Assembly (NCBI GenBank): GCA_000091205.1
Contig: AP006485.2
Strand: one strand, 5' to 3'
Origin: Cyanidioschyzon merolae
Lineage: Eukaryota
DNA: 64,000 nucleotides
In this document: positions 34,421-44,372 of the stretch, piece after piece
How positions within the stretch are numbered: the stretch's first letter is position 1
Layout: every line of letters begins with the position of its first letter
Notes under the pieces: model-generated
The model's input: the letters and a program-made list of their open reading frames with translations, nothing else
What the model was told of the DNA's origin: nothing
The model's database searches: none
Position numbers and translations under genes: made by a program

Positions 34421-36379
34421 ATGTCTTTGGAACGCTCTAGCGCACAACGGGTTGATGCTTTGCGCAAACTCCTAGCCGCTCGCGGACTCGATGCATACCT
34501 GGTCCCTTCGGAGGACGCGCATGCCTCTGAGTACGTTGCAGCTTGTTTCCAGCGGCGGGCATTTCTGACCGGATTCACGGGCTCCGCTGGTACTGCAGTC
34601 GTTACGCGCGACCGAGCTTTTCTCTATACTGACGGGCGCTACTTTGTGCAGGCGGAACGGGAGCTCGACCCCAACGTGTGGGAACTGAAGAAACATCTCA
34701 TAGATCCACCGATGGAAGAGTTTTTGGGCACTGTGCTGGCTTCCGGATCGCGCTTGGGGTTTGATCCCGAGACGCTTTCCATCAGTGCCTTCAACAGGCT
34801 GCGCAAAGCGCTGCAGCAGCACGGCATTCACCTGGTTCCTGTTACGAACGAACAGGACGGCACGGAGAGCGCTAGCACGCGCTGCAATTTAGTGGACCTT
34901 GTATGGGGAGCCGCCCGACCAGCGGAACCTCGCTCCGTCGTTTTTCCGCATGCGCTCTGTTTTGCTGGTGAGACGGCAGCGAGCAAGGTGAGCAGGGTCC
35001 TCAACGACATGGCGAAAAACCGGGTGGACTGGCTTGTTGTTTGCGCACTTGATGAAATCACCTGGCTCTTGAACTTGCGCGGAAATGACATCGAATACAA
35101 TCCGGTTTTTCTGGCGTATGTGCTCTTACATCGACGCGCTGTCTCTGAGGCCGAAAACGAGCCCGCTGGTGACTTGTACCTGTATACCGAGCAGGAGCGC
35201 CTCAACGCTGAGGCACGCGAGGCCCTCAAGGCCCTGAAAGCTCATCTAAGGCCGTATGAGGCTATCGCCACCGACCTGGAACAGCTCATCGCTCTGGGGG
35301 ATTGTGTCTGGTATGATCCGAGTCATACGAACTGTCTTATTGGACAAAAGCTCCATCTCGCGGAGTTCAGCGAAGCAACCCTGGACAGCAACCCTGCATC
35401 CGCCAAGCATGCAAGGCATTCAATTTTGGCAAAGGCAACCCCTATCGGCCTGTTCAAAGCTCGCAAGAACGAGACGGAGCTGGCTGGTATGCGCGCTGCA
35501 CACCTGCGGGACGCCGTGGCGCTCTGTCGCTTCCTGGCGTTGCTCGAGCACAAGCTCGTCGAACAGGGCACCACAATAAATGAGATGGAGGCTGCCCAGC
35601 TCCTGGACGAGTTTCGATCGCAACAGGAGCATTTTGTTTCACCGAGCTTTCCAACGATTTCGAGTGCTGGTCCGAACGCTGCGGTTATTCATTACAGGCC
35701 GTGTGCGGAGAGCGCTCGACCGATCACGAGGGATGCGATCTATCTGGTCGATTCAGGAGGTCAGTATCTGGACGGCACTACCGATGTGACACGAACGCTG
35801 CACTTTGGCACGCCTACCGCATTGGAGCGCGAGTGCTTTACGCGCGTGCTCAAAGGCTACATCCAGCTGGAGCAGGCATGCTTTCCTCCGGGTACTACTG
35901 GTCAACAGTTGGACGTTCTGGCGAGGTTGCCGCTCTGGCTCATCGGCCGCGACTATCGGCACGGTACTGGACACGGCGTCGGATGCTTCCTGAATGTGCA
36001 CGAGGGCCCGCAAATGATAAGTCCACGGTCTTCTGCCGGTGAGACGCCCCTGGAACCCGGCATGACTGTAACGAATGAACCAGGCTACTATGAGAACGGA
36101 CGGTTTGGCATGCGATTCGAGAATGTTCTGCTGGTTGTCCCGAAGCTTCATCCCGATCACTGCATGGACCGGAAAGCATTCCTGGGGTTTGAAAACATCA
36201 CGCTGGTTCCAGTAGAGCGCAAGTTGCTGGATACCAAACTTTTGACAGAACAAGAGATCGCTTGGATCGATTCTTATCATCAGAGCGTATGGAAAGCTGT
36301 GGCGCCGCTTGTTGCGGATGACCCGTTAGCAACAAAATGGTTGCATCAACAATGTCGATCATTGCGGGCGACATGTTAA
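34421..36379 (+). CDS. Xaa-Pro aminopeptidase (M24B, APP1/XPNPEP1-like)
   Basis: 652-aa ORF with a creatinase-like N-domain and the M24 pita-bread C-domain. Metal-ligand motifs include HGTGHGVGCFLNVHEGP and ...NEPGYY... ENV. Confidence 0.85.
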   Translation: MSLERSSAQRVDALRKLLAARGLDAYLVPSEDAHASEYVAACFQRRAFLTGFTGSAGTAVVTRDRAFLYTDGRYFVQAERELDPNVWELKKHLIDPPMEEFLGTVLASGSRLGFDPETLSISAFNRLRKALQQHGIHLVPVTNEQDGTESASTRCNLVDLVWGAARPAEPRSVVFPHALCFAGETAASKVSRVLNDMAKNRVDWLVVCALDEITWLLNLRGNDIEYNPVFLAYVLLHRRAVSEAENEPAGDLYLYTEQERLNAEAREALKALKAHLRPYEAIATDLEQLIALGDCVWYDPSHTNCLIGQKLHLAEFSEATLDSNPASAKHARHSILAKATPIGLFKARKNETELAGMRAAHLRDAVALCRFLALLEHKLVEQGTTINEMEAAQLLDEFRSQQEHFVSPSFPTISSAGPNAAVIHYRPCAESARPITRDAIYLVDSGGQYLDGTTDVTRTLHFGTPTALERECFTRVLKGYIQLEQACFPPGTTGQQLDVLARLPLWLIGRDYRHGTGHGVGCFLNVHEGPQMISPRSSAGETPLEPGMTVTNEPGYYENGRFGMRFENVLLVVPKLHPDHCMDRKAFLGFENITLVPVERKLLDTKLLTEQEIAWIDSYHQSVWKAVAPLVADDPLATKWLHQQCRSLRATC

Positions 36380-37842
36380 CATGAGCGACACTATAAATGT
36401 ATTGGTGCTGTGGATCGTACCTGCTCTGCAGACCTAGATGGTATGGGTGTATAGAGGTGTCGTTGCAACGTCCAAAACTTCGAAGCGCACGCAGACTCGT
36501 TACGGGATGCTGGAGCTCTGAACTATGTTATACATTTTCGCAGGCATCGATTCCTCTTTGAAGGCCCGCTTATGGCCACGGACGCACAGAGCGCTCCTAG
36601 TCGGGCTTTCCAGAACCAGACCACTTGCAGTTCCGAACGGCTCTGTGCACCACATAGAGACGATGCACCATCGGCCTCCAGATTCTTGTTCTTTTTCGAA
36701 AGACGACATGGTCTGCTCCGGGAATCGAATATACCGCTACCGCCCAGTGGTGTTTAGGTATGCGCTGCTTTCGAGACTCCTTCGAGAACGATACGATCCC
36801 ATACACTGCGAAGCTTTTGGAATGCCTTGTCACCTACCATAGAACATCGTTCCAGTTTGCCACTGAGCGGTGCACAGGGAGCCTGCTCATCGTTTCACCG
36901 TATGCCGCAGAAGCTAGCTCCAGCCGCAGTCAAGACGCAGCGCCTGTCCGCACCAGGGCAAGCGTTGTCCAGTACGCGGAAGCGCTTCTGCCTTTCCAAC
37001 CGGCAATACAACGCCAGTCGCTACCTGTCGAGCCAGTTCAGCAACGAAAACGTCGCTCAATCGTAGCTGCAAGCGCAGTGCAACGTACACGCCGACGCTC
37101 GCTGAAAGCATAGTAGACGGGGCTACGTGAGAGGCTCGCGAACCTCCGCTGCTCCCCAGCGCTTGACTGCTGCTTGGAGAGCGCCCGCTGGACTCATGTG
37201 CTCTCTTCCGCTTGAATCCAAAGCGTAACAATAGGTTAATCAGTTTCTATACGCTATTGATACCGGATCAGAGCCTCCAAACTGCTTTAGTTCGTCAATA
37301 GTATGCCGAGCTCCGCGTCAAATCGTCTGCCTCCAGCTTGAAGCAGAGACACCTGTGCCCGTTTTCGACCGCATAGCCCCGCAGCCACAAGGCACCTGGC
37401 GAGACCCCGACTTGAGGAGGCACTCGAGTGTCAACGCTGCGCCCCCGATACACAGCGTTATCTGTTCACCTGCTCGTGCACCACCTGCTTTCTTCCGAAT
37501 GAGCTGTCACGAACTGACGAAGACCCTCGTGCCTCAAAACCTGTGCTGCATGGAGACTCGTCAGCAACTACAATTCGCGCGTGAAGTGGCAACCTCCAGA
37601 GTTTCCCCACTCATCATAGTTCTCGATCTCTTCTTCATCCCCATACTTCTCCGTTTCAACGAAATAGAGCCTGTGGGGCACAACGAGAAACAGCCGATGA
37701 TGCCCCTGCTTCAATACCGGACCCCGGCCGACGGTCGCAGCGCACCGCTTCTCCGCAGGCTGTCTTCTAGGCAGGCTGCTTTCGTGCACAGCGGCTTGGT
37801 GCTGCGCATACGCATAGGTGTGCTGGACTGTAGAAGGCTACG

Positions 37843-39240
37843 ATGCAGGGCACACGGTCATTAGAGCCATGGGACAGTGATAAGCTCGCTTTTCTGCACC
37901 GACCTTTCCTGTCGGCTCGGCGGCGGCTGCGTTTGCAGTGCGCTCTGAACGAAACCGTACGTGTTCAGGTTCCTCGCGGAAACGGCACACTTGGTGTTAC
38001 AACTCATAGCGCTAAGTTTGCGCTGCAGACGGCTACTGGACCGGTCGAGATCAGTCCAGGGTCTAGAGGTCGAGACGGTTTTCCGGTCTGGGGGTTCAGT
38101 GCTGCAGTTGTCGCTGCAGGACTCGCTTCGACCTGGCTCTATCGCTACGTTGGCGAACGCTATAGCTTTCCGCTGCTCACAGGCACCCTGCAGGAACTTC
38201 CTGCAGCGGGCGATCGTCTTCTGCGTCTGGTCGAGCGCTTGATAGCTGCCGAGCATGAACTCTCTTTCGATGAAGCAGCGGATGCGATGCACTGCATGCT
38301 GGAAACGGTTGGTGAACATCCAGCTCGCGTCGCTGCGTTTCTGGTGCTACTACGACGAAATGGTGCTGAAACTGGCCAAGTACTCGCCGGTATGGCGGCA
38401 GCGCTTCTGGAAAGAGCGGTCCTCGTGTCGACGGGCGATCTAGCCACTTTGGACATCGTCGGCACCGGTGGTGACGGGTCCAATACTGTGAATATATCGA
38501 CTGCAGCAGCGATCGTTGCGGCTGCTTGCGGAGCACGTGTTGCCAAGCACGGTAATCGCTCTGCCTCTTCAAAATGCGGTTCAGCTGACGTACTCGAAGC
38601 GCTTGGCGTTGCAATCGATCTGGGACCTGAGCAAGTTGCTCGCTGCATCGCCGAGACTGGTATTAGCTTTCTGATGGCGCCGCGTTTTCATCCACAGTTG
38701 GCAACAGTGGCACCACTACGGCGATCGCTGCGAGTGCGCACAGTTTTCAACAACCTAGGGCCACTGCTAAACCCGGCCCGAAGCCGCTATCAAGTCATTG
38801 GGGTTGCAGCACCGGAGCTCATGGAGCCCATGGCTGAGGCTGTGGCTCGCCTCGGAACCGAGCGCTCCTGGATTGTGCACTGTGCAGGTCTGGATGAAAT
38901 GGCGCCGATCGGTGCGACAGAGGTCATCGAAGTACGAAAAGACGTGCCTCCATGCCGGTTCCGAGTCGAGCCCGAAACACTAGGCATGCCTCTGTGTACC
39001 GTAGAGGATCTCGTTGGTGACGATTGTGCAGCCAATGCGGCGACGATCACGAGTATTTTGCAAGGCGCACCAGGCCCCATTAGCAATGCGATCATTATGA
39101 ATGCCGGAGCAGGGCTTGTCGTGTACGGTCTCGCGGAGACGCTACAGGATGCCTGTGACATGGCAGCGAACGCGCTGATGAGTGGCGCGGCGTGGGAGAC
39201 ACTGGAAAAGTGGAAGTCCTTGAGCCGGCAGCTTCAATAA
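37843..39240 (+). CDS. anthranilate phosphoribosyltransferase (TrpD / Trp4)
   Basis: DIVGTGGDGSNTVNISTAAAIVAAACGARVAKHGNRSASSKCGSADVLEALG is the classic TrpD glycine-rich PRPP loop and KHGN..(S)S..GSAD motif. The N-terminal ~100 aa are extra (targeting?). Confidence 0.85.
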   Translation: MQGTRSLEPWDSDKLAFLHRPFLSARRRLRLQCALNETVRVQVPRGNGTLGVTTHSAKFALQTATGPVEISPGSRGRDGFPVWGFSAAVVAAGLASTWLYRYVGERYSFPLLTGTLQELPAAGDRLLRLVERLIAAEHELSFDEAADAMHCMLETVGEHPARVAAFLVLLRRNGAETGQVLAGMAAALLERAVLVSTGDLATLDIVGTGGDGSNTVNISTAAAIVAAACGARVAKHGNRSASSKCGSADVLEALGVAIDLGPEQVARCIAETGISFLMAPRFHPQLATVAPLRRSLRVRTVFNNLGPLLNPARSRYQVIGVAAPELMEPMAEAVARLGTERSWIVHCAGLDEMAPIGATEVIEVRKDVPPCRFRVEPETLGMPLCTVEDLVGDDCAANAATITSILQGAPGPISNAIIMNAGAGLVVYGLAETLQDACDMAANALMSGAAWETLEKWKSLSRQLQ

Positions 39241-40366
39241 TTAGACCGCGGAATGACGATTCGTCGGGAATGGCGAATACGCGGCGATACGCTTTGGACA
39301 CACGCTGGTACCAGCACACGAATCCTGTGCAGCGATGCGAAAAAACGCTCATCTGGAAGCGTACGAGTCGCTGGCACCGTCTGCCTGGAGGCGTATGCGA
39401 ATCCGACCTTGCGTGACCTACAGATGGTTTATAAACCGCTGATTCAAAGCTTTTTGATGAATACGCATTTCATCCTGTTGGGCGCTCCTATCGGAAACGA
39501 AGAATGCCTTGTCGTTGGCTGCATCCACAAGTCTAATGCGGCAGCAGTTGCAGCCAGAACCAATTGTCTGCTCCTTGAGCGCTCGCTCTTCGCTTGACCG
39601 ACTAGGGAACCTTCGACGGATCCGAGGCACAAGATGCACCTTCTGAAACCATACAAGCTACTGTCTTCGGTCTGTGACTGGTCCCAGGACTGATGATTCA
39701 GAAAACGCCTCTTATTGGAGCGTTCCGAGATACGTATCAAGCGCGAAGGCACCTGTCAATAAGCAATTGGCATCGACAGATAGACTCGTGCGCAAGTTGG
39801 AAAACACTGTGAAGCGACGCTACAAGCCCAATGTTGCATCTTGCCACCGATATTTAGAATGATGCACCAGCAGCAGCAACAGCAGCAGCCGGCCGTCTCA
39901 GCTCCAGCACACCCTAGTGGCGAAACGCGACGCTCGTCCGAACACGCGCAAGTCAGTGGGCGGAAGAGCCCTCGAGTCTCTCCGACATTTGCTGCGCTTC
40001 CCGTTTCCTGCGGATGTAGTCCTTCTGCTGGCAAACTTCGTAAGCGTGCCTCAGTTCGGTGCAGTGCCAAGGAAGATAAAAGTGTTCGCGGCGACAGCGG
40101 TTCAGTGGCACGAGAAGGTGCGCGCACCCGTCGCGCCACTCCAAAGGAACCTTATTCGCGATGCAGAAAGCCTCATCAACAGGTTTCGGATCGGTATCGA
40201 CGGATTCGACGTGTCTCCCCGTCATGGAAACCAGTAACGGGGTGCAAACAACTGCAACGCTAACGAGACGTTACCTCGTCGAAGCACTTCTACGGCGTTT
40301 CCCGCGCACCCGCGACGCAGTTGTGTGATGGAACGGCAGCGGCGATGCGTGCCGTCTCGCTGGCAC

Positions 40367-41059
40367 GCATCCGAGCACATGAACTTGGAAGTCGGAGGTT
40401 TGATGGATCGTTTACCGCGCACTGAAAAAAAAAGTAAGAAGAGAAAAAGCGCACAATCGGATAACGCTGGACAAAGTAAACGTTTATTCAGTGAACGTAA
40501 AAGCATCCGTGCGCATGAACTTGGAAGTCGGAGGTTTGATGGATCGTTTACCGCGCACTGAAAAAAAAGTAAGAAGAGAAAAAGCGCACAATCGGATAAC
40601 GCTGGACAAAGTAAACGATTATTCAGTGAACGTAAAAGCATCCGAGCACATGAACTTGGAAGTCGGAGGTTTGATGGATCGTTTACCGCGCACTGAAAAA
40701 AAAAGTAAGAAGAGAAAAAGCGCACAATCGGATAACGCTGGACAAAGTAAACGATTATTCAGTGAACGTAAAAGCATCCGAGCACATGAACTTGGAAGTC
40801 GGAGGTTTGATGGATCGTTTACCGCGCACTGAAAAAAAGTAAGAAGAGAAAAAGCGCACAGTCGGATAACGCTGGACAAAGTAAACGTTTATTCAGTGAA
40901 AGTAAAAGCATCCGTGTGCATGAACTTGGAAGTCGGAGGTTTGATGGATCGTTTACCGCGCACTGAAAAAAAAAGTAAGAAGAGAAAAAGCGCACAATCG
41001 GATAACGCTGGACAAAGTAAACGATTATTCAGTGAACGTAAAAGCATCCGTGTGCATGC
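40367..41059. repeat. minisatellite: ~135-bp unit x ~5.1, head-to-tail. It sits immediately 5' of, and co-oriented with, Fanzor-like relic copy B.
   Basis: Unit ...gcatccgagcacatgaacttggaagtcggaggtttgatggatcgtttaccgcgcactgaaaaaaaaagtaagaagagaaaaagcgcacaatcggataacgctggacaaagtaaacgattattcagtgaacgtaaaa recurs with period 135-136 (gaacttgg at 40381, 40517, 40652, 40787, 40922). Each unit has an A8-9 tract and an imperfect inverted repeat (cagtgaacgtaaa / tttaccgcgcactg). The ORFs on both strands across it are periodicity artefacts (135 = 45 codons). Confidence 0.95.
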
Positions 41060-41271
41060 GTGAGCCATAACATCATGTTTCACGTGAACCATGTTCCATA
41101 CGCAGATGCGTGGCATCATATGCTTTTTCGCGGTTTATTGCTGCTGTGTTCGATACCTGTGCTCATTCGAAGGAATAGAGAATCCACAGGAACAGGATAG
41201 AGATGGAACAAGGGGATTCTTGGAGTTTGCCATCCCTGGTATAAACAAAAAACGAAAGAATCCTCTTCTCC

Positions 41272-41547
41272 GTGATCATCGAGCGAAGAAGGGCACCTGA
41301 CGCAGACGAACGCGAGGAACAGGTGCGTTCAACCAGCGACAACGAACGTGTGGAGCTCGTGATCCGACACTTTAACGTCGTCATCAATAGCAGGAGATGT
41401 ATGGCGTTGAAGACAAGACCCGAGGAGCTGTGGCCAGCGAAATCTGTGGGGCAATCTTTCGGGCTTGACGTGTGTAGCGAGAAACCAAAGCCGATAGCAG
41501 TCGATCGGTCAAAAAAGACTGGTAGGCGTCTGTGCCTGGGTATCTAG
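41272..41547 (+). mobile_element. decayed TnpB/Fanzor-like gene fragment, copy B (RuvC-III region; catalytic Asp mutated)
   Basis: ORF ...VELVIRHFNVVINSRRCMALKTRPEEL...KTGRRLCLGI. RHFNVVINS (41365-41391) aligns to RDFNAAINT of copy D, and 41330-41420 is ~75% nt identical to 61270-61360 and to 52770-52860. The D->H change means it is inactive. Confidence 0.5.
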
Positions 41548-43709
41548 TTACACTCCCGCGTTGCGGAACATGTTCGGTACTAGTGAACTGCGTAGATGCA
41601 GAGGAAGGAAACACGTCGATTCATGCCAGATGGTCCGCAGGGCACGAGGCGCCTCAGCGAGCGACGGAGCACACTCCTTTCAAATACGTATCGCTTTTGC
41701 CGTGGATGTCAATTGTCTTTCCATGGACTTTTCGCAAACCAATCAGCCATGCACGTGCGCTGTGCTCGTTTCCAATTAAAATGAGAGACTGGACATCGCG
41801 CCCTGTTCCTGGTTTGAGCGTTTGCCGGACTTTTTGTTCAGAAGTGCAGACTCGACATTCGAAGTTGAACAACAGGAAATGATGGATTCATATCCGGTGT
41901 TACGATTCTCGGTCGTGTTGTCGACGTTGCTCGACTGTCTCTCTCTCTCTCTCCATCTCTCTCGCTGGAATTCTTCACGTCACCGGTATCAGGATGATTT
42001 CCGACGATCTCGAAAGGCGGTTTCGCAAGATAACCGCTCTCATGATGCAATGCGCATGCCCATGCATCCATACTCGTCCTTTCCTTACATGTACTGCAGC
42101 AAAATCGCGCATGCCTCAAGTTTCCAATCCTTGTTTCTCAAGATATCTCGGGTGCGTAGCCGTGCGAGCGCCTGGATTGAGGACCAAAACTACTCCGTGT
42201 TGTCCCTTGACGACCTGTTCACAAGCTCATGCCAAAACTTTGTTGAACTCGTTATCTCAAATAATCAATTCTGTTCCAAAGACAAACCCTCGATGCCTTT
42301 ACGTCATCCCAGGACCATCATTCTGCAGCAGCACGATACCTCTACCAGGTAATGCTCCCAGAGAGACCTATCTCTTGTGTTTGCCTGGGAAAGCTACTTG
42401 GACTCGAATCTGCGTCATCGCATCGATCGCTTCCAAAGGAACGCTTGTCACCGCTGTGCACGAAGCGAACGTACATGGATCGAAAGTCCCCGACTTTGCT
42501 TTCCAGTCTGGATTTAGCTTCCCATAGATGCTTCATCATGGACAACATCACGTGCCGCAAATTATCCATCGCATGCGAAAGCGAGCACTCGCGTGTGCAG
42601 CTGACGAAGTACACTCCCGGCGGATCGCTCGGGCCAGGCCCATGATCACAGGGCATGGTGCTGGACACGGAAACATAGGAGAGCATCGAGGTGAGCTTTC
42701 TGTACCTGTCAAGAGCGTCTGCGTTGTTCTGCAGAAAGCGTGCACACGCAGCAGACCGGCGTTCGGAGTAGGATGAGGTGCTGTGGACCTCACGAGATAT
42801 TTGACCACAATTGATAGTCTCCGCTGCGAACAGCGCACTGCGGATGTACATACAAAGTAGATCAATGTGGCAAGCGAACCGTATATCGCAACTGCTATCC
42901 GTGCATGAACGACGCTGCCAAGAAAAGCAAGATAGCAAATCATGACGTGAACGCTCCCACGAGCATCCTACAACTGCTGAAACCAGAGGCGACGGAAAAA
43001 GTAGAGAGCCGCGCATTTAAGGCTGGAAACAAGAGATAAGCAGGGGAAGCAGTCACAGAAAAATTCCGCAAAGCCCGGTACTGATGACTGCGAAAAGCGA
43101 CCAGCGTTTCTCTAGATACGCCCGAGTCAGGCAAGTGCACCCGTTCCGGTGTATTCTCCTGACACGGGTGCAATTGCCGACCCGCGGCGGTGAACCTCGC
43201 AAACACATTCCTCCGTCGGACACGTTCACGCAGTCGAGGGGCTCTCGCTCGCCAGCCATCACTCTGCGAAAGTTTTGGTGATGCAGAAAGCGCTCCCAGT
43301 TACGAAACACTGCAACCACCGCGCAGACTCTGGTAACTGTGCGTCGGTCTGTTCCCGCTTATGACGCGCAAATGGCAAGGCCGTGCTCCTCCGAAACGCA
43401 ACTCGTCGTCGTGTCTCCACCTGCACGTTGGACCTCGTTTCCCAATGTTTTTCTCTGCAATTTCGGGGATGCTCACCAACCTGTCCCGGTCTGCGTCACC
43501 CTGCCGGGCTACCACGAGATACTAGGGCACATTCCGTTGGCCATTGACGTCCGCACAACCACCGGGAAGGTGCGATCGGTTCCCGCCTTGTCGTCTACGC
43601 TTCCGCTCTTTGATAGGCTCTTTTCGCCGTGCATCCTTGCAAATCGTCTTTCAGGCTTTCTATGCGGTCACACTGACGAGCGCGCCTGCCGACGTTCGGT
43701 AATCCTCGT

Positions 43710-43712
<3 letters not shown>

Positions 43713-43740
<28 letters not shown>

Positions 43741-43742
43741 CC
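43713..43742. repeat. (CAG)10 microsatellite
   Basis: agcagcagcagcagcagcagcagcagcag. Confidence 0.9.
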
Positions 43743-44372
43743 TCGTGCGTGGACACGCGTCGAAGGACTCACGTCCACGCAGATGTCCACGGTATCTAGC
43801 TACTGCATCACACTCCGACGGATCCAAACTGGGCACCATGAGAACCCACGACAACATGCGCGACAGCCGGACGCAAGGACTTGACGCTAGCGAAGGCAAT
43901 TCGATCACGGAACATCGTGCACACTTTGGATGTTTGGTCTCAGCCCGAGCAGGGTTCCAGCTGGTGCCTGGTGCTCCACCAGCACTGCGGTCGCCCGCAG
44001 TACACGCCCGACGGATTGAACTACTTGCGACCTCGCCGAGTCGCCACCAGGGCATCCTCGGGAAAGCGAGCCCTGAAAGACAATGAACGCCCGCTGCCAT
44101 CGGCAACCAAATCATGCCCCGTTTTTCGGCTGAAACGCGTCTTCAGACGCCTCCGTCGCACGTCACACTCCGATTCCTTGTTCAAATGCGTCCTGAGACG
44201 TCTTCACCACCTGGTATCTGATGTGACGACGGCAAATAAAACTTCTGATCTTGAGTCGGTTGCCAGATGCCACGACAAGTGCCGTCGAGTCCCTGTGCTC
44301 GCATTCGCACGTGCGTATCTGCCTCTCAGTCGATAACCGCAAAGTAGTTTGCCCGGAATCGAGACGATCAAG

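Noticed and set aside
37861-38648. Long antisense ORFs (145-162 aa) inside TrpD, and similar antisense ORFs inside GluRS, CNNM, APC2 and the glycosyltransferase
   Set aside because: These are GC-rich coding regions, which carry open antisense frames by composition. The sense frames have strong family motifs and the antisense ones have none.
40222-41119. ORFs of 76-167 aa on both strands across 40.2-41.1 kb with repeated peptides (e.g. HMNLEVGGLMDRLPRTEKK)
   Set aside because: Periodicity artefacts of the 135-bp minisatellite (135 = 45 codons keeps frames open). No domain similarity.
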